A DNA stretch of 64,000 bases from an uncultured SAR116 cluster alpha proteobacterium (GCA_902578805.1 CACHEH010000005.1:5500-69499); one strand, 5' to 3'. Counted from the first letter of the stretch, positions 39,563 to 48,816 are shown. Numbers and translations: made by a program. The notes: a model not told the origin generated them from the sequence alone.

Positions 39563-40336
39563 TTGGATATATCAACTAACTCAAATGAAGTTGCCCTAAT
39601 AGTAAGTTTTGCTTTTTTTGTTGCCGGTGTTGTTAAAGGGGTAATTGGAATTGGTCTTCCAACAACAGCAATTACAATTATGACTTTTTTTGTTTCACCA
39701 TTAATGGCATTAGGACTTAATCTAATACCAATGACCGTTGCAAACATTTGGCAGTTGAGTAAGGCAGATAATCCTAGAGAATTAGTAAAAAATTATAAAT
39801 ATTTCGCTACGTCGTTGGTAGTTTGTATCTTAATTACTTCTTTTTATGCAAATCAAATTGGAGACGATGTAGTTCGTCTCATTTTTGCGGTTGCAGTTCT
39901 TTTATTTGTTTGTCTGCAAGTTTTTGGTTTTAATTTTAAAATGAAACCTAATCATGACAATTTTTGGCAAGGTGGTCTTGGGGCATTAGGAGGTTTAGTA
40001 GGAGGTGCAGCATCAATATGGGCAGTTCCAGTAACTATGTATTTATTAATGAAAAATGTAAAACCTAAACAATTTGTTGATGTTAGTGGTTTTTTAATAA
40101 CCATTGGGTGTATACCTGTATCAATTGGATATATAGCAACAGGTGTTTTTCAGCCTAATATGTTTATTTATGGAGCTCTTGGGTCAGTGGTTGCAGTAAT
40201 AGGGTTTCAAATAGGAGAAAAGCTTAGAAATAAAATAAATGCTAAAACATTTAAAAATTTGTTACTCATTTTTTTTAGTATATCAGCTATTAACATGATT
40301 ATACGATCATTGTTAGAATATAATATTTTAAATTAA
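39563..40336 (+). CDS. TauE/SafE family membrane exporter
   Basis: AGVVKGVIGIGLP N-terminal motif, about 8 TM segments, GEKLRNKI. Confidence 0.85.
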   Translation: MDISTNSNEVALIVSFAFFVAGVVKGVIGIGLPTTAITIMTFFVSPLMALGLNLIPMTVANIWQLSKADNPRELVKNYKYFATSLVVCILITSFYANQIGDDVVRLIFAVAVLLFVCLQVFGFNFKMKPNHDNFWQGGLGALGGLVGGAASIWAVPVTMYLLMKNVKPKQFVDVSGFLITIGCIPVSIGYIATGVFQPNMFIYGALGSVVAVIGFQIGEKLRNKINAKTFKNLLLIFFSISAINMIIRSLLEYNILN

Positions 40337-41106
40337 ATTATCTTAATCTCTACTTCTGATAGATCCTCAACTTTATATATTATGTGATCACCTTTATTAG
40401 GAGCACGAGTCTTAATCACGCTTCCGGTAATTATAACACTATCTTTTGGGATACTTCTTCCCAATGAAGTTAATAGGTTCGAAACCCAAGATAATGACTC
40501 AAGTGGGTTAGCGTCCTTTATCATTGCATCTTGGGGAATTTCATCATTCCAAAGTAATTGTGATCTAATAATATCTAGGTTTAATTTTTCCCAATTTGGA
40601 AGTTCTTTGCCCATAACTATACCAGAACACCAAGCATTATCTGTTATCATTGATAGCGGATTTATATTAGAATAATCTGCATTTCGATCAATAATTAATT
40701 CAAAAGCAGGTGACAGGGATTTTATAAATTCTCTAATATTATCTTTATTAAATGGTCCCATTTCAGGTTTCAAATCATCTGATAATGTTACAGCTATTTC
40801 GAATTCTAACCCTAATCCATGAAAGTTTTCTAATTCAAAGGTTGAAGGACTTGACTTGATTTCATTTACAAAAATACCACCAGCAACAGGATGGTCTATC
40901 CCACATAATTGTTGCTGCACTTTAGAGGCTAAAGCAATTTTAAAACCACCCAAGCTACCTCTTCCAGAATTTTCTTGAAAGATTTCTTGTATTTTATAAG
41001 CTTCATCAAAATCTTTAGGCATTAATGTTTCTGGTAAGTTTTCATAGTTTTGTTTTGAATCATGTTGGTCCAACATAAATTGTGCAATTTGCTCTAATCT
41101 ATTCAT
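40333..41106 (-). CDS. 2-keto-4-pentenoate hydratase-like protein (FAH superfamily)
   Basis: AYKIQ, GFKIAL, LEFEIA, PAFELI, DNA, IITGS. Confidence 0.82.
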   Translation of the reverse strand: MNRLEQIAQFMLDQHDSKQNYENLPETLMPKDFDEAYKIQEIFQENSGRGSLGGFKIALASKVQQQLCGIDHPVAGGIFVNEIKSSPSTFELENFHGLGLEFEIAVTLSDDLKPEMGPFNKDNIREFIKSLSPAFELIIDRNADYSNINPLSMITDNAWCSGIVMGKELPNWEKLNLDIIRSQLLWNDEIPQDAMIKDANPLESLSWVSNLLTSLGRSIPKDSVIITGSVIKTRAPNKGDHIIYKVEDLSEVEIKII

Positions 41107-41209
41107 AATTAATCCTTCACAAAAATCATGTAGAAATATATTATAAAAAATTTATATTATTACAAACTATAGTTTGATATTATAGAGATCTAAAATTATA
41201 CCGAATTTA

Positions 41210-42985
41210 TTGAGGCTTGCTGTGTTAGACAACCAAATTATTAATATCAGAAGTGAAGTGGATAATTGGTTGCAGAGTTTCAATCAAGCTATTTCTCAGC
41301 AAAAAAATAAAGATGAATCTATAAAAATTCTTTCCAATTTATTTTTTGAAGATAGCCATTGGAGAGACATTTTAGCTCTTACATGGAAGATACAAACTGT
41401 ATCGGGAAAATCAAAAGTAATCGAAAATCTTTACAACAAAATAATGGACGTTTCCGCCAAGAGTTTCCAAATTGACCAGCAAAGAACACTTCCAAGAGAA
41501 GTCATAAGAGCTGGGAAAAATGTTATTGAAGTTATTTTAAGATTCAAAACAAAGTTTGGAAATTGTGAGGGAGTAGTTCGTTTATTTGAAGATCAAGAAA
41601 GAAAGGGTTATTTTAAAGCCTGGAGTCTTCTGACTGCCCTAAGTGATCTAAGTTCTTCTGACAAAAAAAACAATGAACAATATCAAAATGTACTAGAAGG
41701 ACCTAATTGGTTAGATAAAAGAAATGAAGATAGGCTTTATAAAAATAGGGAACCAGAAGTAATTGTTGTTGGAAGTGGTCAGGCTGGTCTTTCAATTGCA
41801 GCAAGGCTTAAACAACAAAATATAGATACACTTATTGTAGATAAAAATGAAAGAATAGGAGATAACTGGAGAAATAGATATCATTCTTTAAAATTACATA
41901 ATCAGACACATGTCAATCATTTACCATATATGCCTTTTCCTTCTACCTGGCCAACATATATTCCGAAAGATAAGTTGGCAGGGTGGTTTGAGTATTATGT
42001 TGAAAGTATGGAATTAAATGTATGGACTAATACAAAATTTATTGGTGCGGAATATGACGAAAATAAAAAGCACTGGAAAGTAAAACTCAAATTATCTGAT
42101 GACACTATTAAGATCATAAAGCCAAAGCATATTGTGATGGCTGTTGGCGTAAGCTCAGTTCCAAATCGCACAAAAATACCTGGCATGGATCACTATAAAG
42201 GCAAAGTCATTCACTCAGCAGATTATGATAATGGAAAACACTACAATGGAAAAAACGTTTTAGTTTACGGTACTGGAACAAGTGCACATGATGTTGCACA
42301 AGATCTCTATGTTCATGGAGCAAATGTAAAAATCGTACAACGCTCACCATCTATGGTAGTTAATGTGGAACCTAGCGCACAATTGCCATATCAATTATAT
42401 AATGAAGGTCCAAATACTGACGATTGTGATTTAATAACTATTTCAACACCTCTCCAAGTACTCAAAAAGACACACCAGTTATTAACTGAAAAAACAAAGA
42501 GAATTGATAAACCGCTTTTGGATAAACTTACAAGAGTTGGCTTTAACCTTGAATATGGAGAAGAAAACTCTGGGTGGCAATTTAAATATTTAACCAGGGG
42601 TGGTGGTTATTATTTCAATGTAGGAGCATCAGATTTAATCGCAGATGGTAAGATAAAAGTTTTACAATTTTCAAACATTGAAAATTTTTTATCCTCTGGC
42701 ATTGAAATGAAATCAGGAGAAAAGCTTGATATAGATTTGATGGTTACAGCTACTGGATATAAAGGTCAAGAATATGTTGTAGAAGAATTATTTGGCAAAG
42801 CAGTTGTAGACAAAATTGGTCCGATTTGGGGGTTTGATGATGAAAGGCAAGAGTTAAGAAATATGTGGATGCAAACCAAACAGCCAGGACTTTGGTTTCA
42901 TGCAGGAAGTTTAGCTCAGTGCAGAATTTTTTCAAAGTTTCTAGCTTTGCAGATCAAAGCTATTAATGAGAATATTTTAATTTAA
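41210..42985 (+). CDS. Flavin-containing monooxygenase with N-terminal extension (type II FMO-like)
   Basis: WRDILALTW N-terminal domain, GSGQAG, GDNWRNRY, YKGKVIHSADY fingerprint, GTGTSAHD, ATGY; start may be GTG 41222. Confidence 0.88.
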   Translation: MRLAVLDNQIINIRSEVDNWLQSFNQAISQQKNKDESIKILSNLFFEDSHWRDILALTWKIQTVSGKSKVIENLYNKIMDVSAKSFQIDQQRTLPREVIRAGKNVIEVILRFKTKFGNCEGVVRLFEDQERKGYFKAWSLLTALSDLSSSDKKNNEQYQNVLEGPNWLDKRNEDRLYKNREPEVIVVGSGQAGLSIAARLKQQNIDTLIVDKNERIGDNWRNRYHSLKLHNQTHVNHLPYMPFPSTWPTYIPKDKLAGWFEYYVESMELNVWTNTKFIGAEYDENKKHWKVKLKLSDDTIKIIKPKHIVMAVGVSSVPNRTKIPGMDHYKGKVIHSADYDNGKHYNGKNVLVYGTGTSAHDVAQDLYVHGANVKIVQRSPSMVVNVEPSAQLPYQLYNEGPNTDDCDLITISTPLQVLKKTHQLLTEKTKRIDKPLLDKLTRVGFNLEYGEENSGWQFKYLTRGGGYYFNVGASDLIADGKIKVLQFSNIENFLSSGIEMKSGEKLDIDLMVTATGYKGQEYVVEELFGKAVVDKIGPIWGFDDERQELRNMWMQTKQPGLWFHAGSLAQCRIFSKFLALQIKAINENILI

Positions 42986-42990
42986 TCTTT

Positions 42991-43008
42991 TAGAAATAAA
43001 TTTGTAAC
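42991..43008 (+). promoter_or_regulatory. Putative Pho box upstream of plcP
   Basis: TAGAAAT-AAAT-TTGTAAC, 11-bp period. Confidence 0.55.
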
Positions 43009-43058
43009 AAAACCTATATATAAAAATTTAATTTAATATTAAATTACTCTTTATATTA

Positions 43059-43859
43059 ATGGTTAAACACAAAAATAAAAACTATAGAGCTATTTGGATC
43101 TCCGATATTCATTTAGGGTCAACAGGCTCGCAAGCTGAACATCTTCTCGAATTTTTAAGATATAATGAAAGTAATTATTTATATTTAGTTGGGGATATTA
43201 TTGATGGGTGGAGCTTAACTAAAAAGTGGTATTGGCCTCAATCTCATAATGATGTAATTCAAAAAATACTAAGAAAAGCGAGAAAAGGTACAAAAATTAC
43301 ATTTATTCCAGGTAATCACGATGAAGGGGCAAGAACTTTTCTGGGTATTACATTTGGTGATATTAAGATAAAAAATGAAGCTTTTCATAAAACTGCTAGG
43401 AATGAAAAATTGTGGGTAATACACGGAGACCTTTTTGATGAAGTAATGCAACATGCTAGATGGTTAGCTTACATAGGAGACTCTGCATATACCTTTCTCC
43501 TCTGGTTAAACAAATGGTTTAACAGAATAAGACGTATGCTTAACTTACCATATTGGTCGCTATCACAATTTTTAAAATTAAAAGTAAAAAAGGCTTTGTC
43601 ATTTATTTACGCTTTTGAAACTCTTATGGTTAGAGAGGCATCTAGACGTGGCTGTGATGGTGTTGTTTGTGGGCACATTCATAAGTCAGAATTGAAAAAA
43701 ATTAATAATAAAATTTATGCTAATGATGGTGATTGGGTTGAATCTCTTACTGCTCTTGTGGAACATCAGAATGGAGAGTTGGAAATTATTAATTGGGCTC
43801 TACTGGACCACAATAATGTAAATAATAAAGATTTAACCGTAACAAAAAAAATAGCATGA
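43059..43859 (+). CDS. plcP: PlcP-type phospholipase C (LpxH-like metallophosphoesterase)
   Basis: ISDIHLG, LVGDIIDGW, PGNHDE, IHGDLFD, CGHIH, NDGDWVES; coupled (ATGA) to a GT4 glycosyltransferase. Confidence 0.85.
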   Translation: MVKHKNKNYRAIWISDIHLGSTGSQAEHLLEFLRYNESNYLYLVGDIIDGWSLTKKWYWPQSHNDVIQKILRKARKGTKITFIPGNHDEGARTFLGITFGDIKIKNEAFHKTARNEKLWVIHGDLFDEVMQHARWLAYIGDSAYTFLLWLNKWFNRIRRMLNLPYWSLSQFLKLKVKKALSFIYAFETLMVREASRRGCDGVVCGHIHKSELKKINNKIYANDGDWVESLTALVEHQNGELEIINWALLDHNNVNNKDLTVTKKIA

Positions 43860-45241
43860 AAATTTTAATAGTAACAGATGCGTGGTATCCTCAAGTCAAT
43901 GGAGTAGTAAGAACTCTAGATGAAACATCCAAGAAAATAAAAAAATTAGGTCATGAGGTAAAGCTGATTACTCCAGAAGGTTTTTTAACAATACCATGCC
44001 CAACCTATCCTGAAATAAAATTATCTCTTTTTCCAGGTGCAAAAGTTTCATCTATGATCAGAGATTTTAATCCTGATTGTTTACATATTTCAACTGAAGG
44101 TCCTTTAGGTCTTGCAGCACGTGGATATGCTAGTAGAAATGGTTTGGCTTTTACTTCAGCTTATCACACTAGGTTCCCTGAGTATGTTTATGCAAGAACA
44201 AAACTTCCACTTAAAATCACTTATTCATTCTTAAGATGGTTTCACAATAGATCTGAACTGGTAATGGTGCCAACTGAAGAAGTTAAAAAAGACTTGATAA
44301 AACACAAAATTGGGAAACCTAAAATATGGTCAAGAGGTGTAGATTTAGATATTTTTAAACCAAAAAAAGGAAGAAGAAAAAATAAAAATCCAATTTTGTT
44401 AAATGTAGGAAGGGTAGCTGTAGAAAAAAATTTAGAAGAATTTTTAAAAATAGACCTGCCATATGAAAAATGGGTTGTAGGAGATGGACCCGCATTTAAA
44501 GAATTAAAGAAAAAATACCCTAAGGTAATTTTTCATGGAGCTAAGAGTAAAGAAGAGTTAGAATATTACTATAACAAAGCAGATGTATTTGTCTTTCCGA
44601 GTAAAACGGACACATTTGGCCTTGTATTATTAGAGGCTATGGCATGTGGTCTTCCTGTTGCTGCTTTCCCAGTAAGTGGTCCTTTAGATGTTATTGGTAA
44701 TTCGAATGCAGGTATTCTAAATTCTAACTTAAAAGAAGCATGTAAGAAGGCTTTGTTGATACCAAGAAAAGTGCCAAGAGAATACGCTAAAAAATTTTCA
44801 TGGGAATCAACAAGTAAAACATTTGAGTCTTACTTAGTTAGCATAAGAGACAAAGACACTACATACAACATTGAAGACAATCCTCATAAGGGTAATACTG
44901 GAATTACAAGAGCACTTCATGCGGCTAAAAACTCATGCTCAGGTTTAATTTTTGCTCTCCGAGAAGAAAGCGCTTTTAGGCAAGAAATATTTTTAGTAAT
45001 AATTTCCTTATCTGTAATAATTATTGCAGAAGTTAGTGCTATTGAAATAATATTCATGACTTTTGCAACTTCTCTCGTTTTAATTATAGAACTATTAAAT
45101 TCTAGCGTTGAAGCAGCTGTTGATAGAATATCGTTTGAATATCATGGTTTGTCTAAAAGAGCTAAGGACTACGGTTCAGCTGCTGTTATGCTGTCAATTT
45201 TTTTATGGACTTTAATTCATGGATTGGTGTTGTTTAATTAG
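43856..45241 (+). CDS. Fusion of GT4 glycosyltransferase (Agt-like) and prokaryotic diacylglycerol kinase (DgkA)
   Basis: N-terminal TDAWYPQVNGVV, TEGPLG, FPSKTDTFGLVLLEAMACG; C-terminal about 120 aa with EESAFRQE, ELLNSSVEAAVDR, SKRAKDYGSAAV; no stop between the domains. Confidence 0.88.
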   Translation: MKILIVTDAWYPQVNGVVRTLDETSKKIKKLGHEVKLITPEGFLTIPCPTYPEIKLSLFPGAKVSSMIRDFNPDCLHISTEGPLGLAARGYASRNGLAFTSAYHTRFPEYVYARTKLPLKITYSFLRWFHNRSELVMVPTEEVKKDLIKHKIGKPKIWSRGVDLDIFKPKKGRRKNKNPILLNVGRVAVEKNLEEFLKIDLPYEKWVVGDGPAFKELKKKYPKVIFHGAKSKEELEYYYNKADVFVFPSKTDTFGLVLLEAMACGLPVAAFPVSGPLDVIGNSNAGILNSNLKEACKKALLIPRKVPREYAKKFSWESTSKTFESYLVSIRDKDTTYNIEDNPHKGNTGITRALHAAKNSCSGLIFALREESAFRQEIFLVIISLSVIIIAEVSAIEIIFMTFATSLVLIIELLNSSVEAAVDRISFEYHGLSKRAKDYGSAAVMLSIFLWTLIHGLVLFN

Positions 45242-45247
45242 AGTTTT

Positions 45248-46132
45248 TTAAGGTCTGATTTTTGTACCAGTTAATTTTTCATAAGTAAGAGCGACATTGC
45301 TCATATCAGCATCTTCTCCAAACTCGTCAATAGTCCTACTTAACAATTCCTGAGATAATTTTCCTAAAGGAATTTCAATTTTATTTGCATAGGCTATTTT
45401 AGTCGCTACGCTTGCATCCTTCTTCATTAAACCAGTGCTAAAACCCTGAAACATTTTACCAGATAGAATGTTATCAGGCAGTGTGATTTCAGTGGCATAG
45501 TTTCTACCAGAGCTTTTTTGAATAATTTCAACTGCTCTATTTGAATCAACACCATCCTTAACAAGAAGTGAGACAACCTCAAAAGTTGCCATCCTACAAA
45601 TTAAATTAAGCAAATTGTTGCCAGCTTTAATAGAGTGTCCCGATCCTATTTTACCAGCATAGAAAATATTTGAACTTATATCATCCATTATAGGTTTTAT
45701 TTTTGCGAATTGCCTTTCTGTGCCACCTACCATTATAGCTATATTTCCTTGATGAGCCCCTTTTGGACCTCCACTAACTGGAGCATCTATAAAATTAATC
45801 TCTTTTTCTTTAAGTATTTTAGCTATTCTCCTTGTGGTTTCAGGTTCCCCTGTGGTCATATCAATAATGTAAGAACCTTTTGTTGCTGATTTAATTAATC
45901 CATTTTCTCCATTAATAACTTTGTCTACGATTGTACTTGTGGGCAAGCATAAAAAAATTATAGATGTGGTTGAAGCTAATTCTGAGGGTGTAGAGCATGA
46001 TATTGCTCCTTTGTTTGTAAAATACTCTAATTTTTTTTGATCAAGATCATAAACAAAAAGCTCATTATTTATGAGCAATCTATCAGCAAGTGGTTTGCCC
46101 ATATTACCTAAACCAATGAAACCAACTTTCAT
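45248..46132 (-). CDS. 3-hydroxyisobutyrate dehydrogenase family NAD(P)-dependent oxidoreductase
   Basis: VGFIGLGNMG, DAPVSGG, KAGNN; start set at ATG 46132 with GGAGGT RBS. Confidence 0.9.
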   Translation of the reverse strand: MKVGFIGLGNMGKPLADRLLINNELFVYDLDQKKLEYFTNKGAISCSTPSELASTTSIIFLCLPTSTIVDKVINGENGLIKSATKGSYIIDMTTGEPETTRRIAKILKEKEINFIDAPVSGGPKGAHQGNIAIMVGGTERQFAKIKPIMDDISSNIFYAGKIGSGHSIKAGNNLLNLICRMATFEVVSLLVKDGVDSNRAVEIIQKSSGRNYATEITLPDNILSGKMFQGFSTGLMKKDASVATKIAYANKIEIPLGKLSQELLSRTIDEFGEDADMSNVALTYEKLTGTKIRP

Positions 46133-46208
46133 TGAAGTCCTTACCTCCAATTTAATCAAAATTGTCTTATAAATAATCTAATATAAAATTAGAAGAAAAT
46201 AAATGATA

Positions 46209-46550
46209 TCATATTTTTGTTAAAACAGGCCCATGAAAAACAGCCCACCCTGATTTTCCAACAGGTTTTTTAAAAGTTTTCCTTATGAGGTGTCTTTGCC
46301 TAAGAGTTTTAGCGCTACCATTTCTTTTTTTACAATCATTATTGTCGATTTTATTTATATTCTTAATTTTTTGAATTCTTTGGTACTCATCTTTTTCAAA
46401 TTGATATTTGATCATTTTATTTATAAGCTCTGAGGTGTTTCTTCTTTCAACTTTTTTCTTTTTATAGTTTTGTTGACCACGTTTTCGAAAATGCCAACTC
46501 TTTTTTGGTTTAGGACTACTTCTATTGTCATTTTTAAATGAAAAAAACAC
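46209..46550 (-). CDS. Hypothetical basic protein
   Basis: 113-codon K/R-rich ORF filling the gap between two genes on the same strand; start uncertain (GTG, no clear RBS). Confidence 0.45.
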   Translation of the reverse strand: MFFSFKNDNRSSPKPKKSWHFRKRGQQNYKKKKVERRNTSELINKMIKYQFEKDEYQRIQKIKNINKIDNNDCKKRNGSAKTLRQRHLIRKTFKKPVGKSGWAVFHGPVLTKI

Positions 46551-46638
46551 AAAAAATAAAACTTATATTAATTAATAATGAAAAATACTTTCATTAAATT
46601 ATTACAAATTATTTAGATTTTTGTTTCAAAATTATTAA

Positions 46639-47112
46639 TTAAGGATTTTTAAAGAAACTGAGAGCTTCATAAAGTACTTTAAAGTTATTTTTTGATAGTA
46701 ATATAGCATTTTTAAAGTAAGAAGCTGCAATTTCATTATTACCTAGCTTCAGTTCTAATTTACCCAAAATGAGATTTATATCAGCTCTCTGGCATAACTC
46801 TATATCCAAGCAACTTAAATAGTCTGCCTTTGCAGAATCATAATTTTTAGTAAAGAAGTATGCATTGCCTCTATTAATCAAACTTTCTACCAGGTAACTA
46901 TCAGGTATATCTCTACTTTTAATATTAATAGAAAGAAGATTTATAACACTATCATAATCTTTTAATATTAATTTTTCTTTTGCTGATTCTACATTTTCAA
47001 CAAAATTAACTTTTCTTGATTTATTAAAATTGTCGTTAGTTGGTAATGCTGCTAGGGATGTAAAATTAAAACTCATAAATATAAAAAAAGGGAAAAAAAA
47101 CCTAAGAATCAT
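46639..47112 (-). CDS. Exported tetratricopeptide repeat protein
   Basis: Signal peptide (SLA-A), TPR-like LINRGNAYF...AKADY and LGKLELKLG...AASYFKNAI; AGGA RBS. Confidence 0.75.
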   Translation of the reverse strand: MILRFFFPFFIFMSFNFTSLAALPTNDNFNKSRKVNFVENVESAKEKLILKDYDSVINLLSINIKSRDIPDSYLVESLINRGNAYFFTKNYDSAKADYLSCLDIELCQRADINLILGKLELKLGNNEIAASYFKNAILLSKNNFKVLYEALSFFKNP

Positions 47113-47128
47113 GATAAATTTCCTAATT

Positions 47129-47168
47129 ATTACAAATTTATTACGATAATATTAAAATTTTATTACAA
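47129..47168 (-). promoter_or_regulatory. Four-unit Pho-box-like array upstream of the TPR gene
   Basis: Minus strand TTGTAAT-AAAA-TTTTAAT-ATTA-TCGTAAT-AAAT-TTGTAAT, exact 11-bp period. Confidence 0.7.
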
Positions 47169-47184
47169 ATCAAGGTTTTAAATT

Positions 47185-47688
47185 CTACATATACATTCTA
47201 GGAAAAAAATAATCGACAACTTCCCCGTTTGTAAAAACTGGTGTTTTAAAATAATTTTCAGAATATTTTATCATAACAACACCACAAGTTACTAAATTAG
47301 TTGGTAATTTATTATGACCTTTAGTTGTTAGTTCATACATTAATAAATTTAATATTGGATTATGACCTATTATAACCACAGTACTAAATCCAAGTACTTT
47401 GGAAGCTAATTTTTTTTCAATCTGTTCTAATGATGCGTTATATAAATCTTCTTCAACGAATAAATTATTATCTTTATCATCCCAATTTAAAAAGATATTT
47501 TCGTAAGTTAATTTTGCTCTTAATGCAGGTGAGATTAAAAACAAATCTGGTTTATTTATTCTTTTTTTTAGTTCTTTAGAAATAACTCTACAAGAATTAT
47601 AACCTCTTTTATTCAAACCCCTTTGAAGATCATTAACATTACCACTCCAATCAGATTTAGCATGACGTATTAAAATTAATTTAGACAT
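47185..47688 (-). CDS. sixA: Histidine phosphatase, SixA family
   Basis: LIRHAKS, SPALRA, LYNAS, IGHNP. Confidence 0.85.
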   Translation of the reverse strand: MSKLILIRHAKSDWSGNVNDLQRGLNKRGYNSCRVISKELKKRINKPDLFLISPALRAKLTYENIFLNWDDKDNNLFVEEDLYNASLEQIEKKLASKVLGFSTVVIIGHNPILNLLMYELTTKGHNKLPTNLVTCGVVMIKYSENYFKTPVFTNGEVVDYFFPRMYM

Positions 47689-47702
47689 ATATGAATATAA
47701 TT

Positions 47703-48320
47703 TTATCCAAAAGTACCAAGAATATTTTTTTTAAAACAATCACGGTTACTTATTTTATCATACCAACTTTTTAAGTTTAAAAGATTTGGGCGTTCAATAG
47801 GTAAAGAAAGGTATCTATAAGAAGCAGCGCCCATGATAATATCTGACATACCAAATTTATTATTTAAAATATATTCATGATCTTCTAAAAATTTATCAAA
47901 AATTTCAAACTTTTTATTTAATAAAATAATATTTTTATCAATCAGTTCTTGATCACGATCTTCTGGTGGATTTCTAACTAATCCCCAAAATATCGGCGTC
48001 ATATTTAGTTGCAAATCAGTTGTTTGAAATTCCATCCATGCCTCGGCAATTGCAATATCTTCATCTTTAGAGATTTCATAGACATCTGTATATTTTCTAT
48101 ATAAGTATCTCACAATTGCGTTTGATTGGTTAATTATAGATCCGTTGTGATCTAGAGTTGGGACGATAAGTTGCGGATTTATTTTTTCATAATTTTTTAC
48201 GTTAACTTTTCCAAACTTCCCAAGCTCATCATGCCATTTAAATTCAAGATTTAGTTCACAAAGAGCCCATGAGACCTTTTGAACGTTTATAGAATTTCTT
48301 CTACCATATAATTGTATCAA
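47703..48320 (-). CDS. Glutathione S-transferase family protein
   Basis: GRRNSINVQKV, NP-x-x-x-VPTL, SNAIVRYL. Confidence 0.9.
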   Translation of the reverse strand: MIQLYGRRNSINVQKVSWALCELNLEFKWHDELGKFGKVNVKNYEKINPQLIVPTLDHNGSIINQSNAIVRYLYRKYTDVYEISKDEDIAIAEAWMEFQTTDLQLNMTPIFWGLVRNPPEDRDQELIDKNIILLNKKFEIFDKFLEDHEYILNNKFGMSDIIMGAASYRYLSLPIERPNLLNLKSWYDKISNRDCFKKNILGTFG

Positions 48321-48334
48321 AAAATTTATCCTTT

Positions 48335-48712
48335 TTATTTCATTATAGATAGGGGAGTGGAGCTTAAGTTCTGAACAAGTATAGAATTCCTATCTACAAG
48401 TTTTGCGACTGTTGGAGCAATATTTTCTAACCACTCTTTGCTTTCATAAACAGCCTTGTAAAGTTTTACTTTTTCATCTTGATTTTCAAATCTTCTAATC
48501 CAGACATATGTATTTCCTTTTTGTTCAGAATTCATTACACGTTCACCATTCTCTAAAGCGAATTGGTCTGAACTATCCATCACAAAACTGCCATGTATAA
48601 CCATACCTTTTTCTACTTGAAAAGGCATTATAGTTTTCTCCATAAACGAAACCCATTCATTCATTTTTCCAGGAGCAATTTGATAAATTCTTAATTCAAA
48701 AAAAGCACTCAT
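48335..48712 (-). CDS. NIPSNAP family protein
   Basis: FFELRIY, YVWIRRF, LYKAVYES. Confidence 0.85.
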   Translation of the reverse strand: MSAFFELRIYQIAPGKMNEWVSFMEKTIMPFQVEKGMVIHGSFVMDSSDQFALENGERVMNSEQKGNTYVWIRRFENQDEKVKLYKAVYESKEWLENIAPTVAKLVDRNSILVQNLSSTPLSIMK

Positions 48713-48816
48713 TACAACACCTCTTAAAAGTAAATAAAATTAAACACTATATAATTAAATTTAAATATTCAAATTTTCATTTATATTATCATCAGTAGTT
48801 TTTTAAGGAGAGCTGA

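Noticed and set aside
43059-43859. Lipid A enzyme LpxH
   Set aside because: Coupling to an Agt-like GT, the NDGDWVES motif and a Pho-like box fit PlcP better
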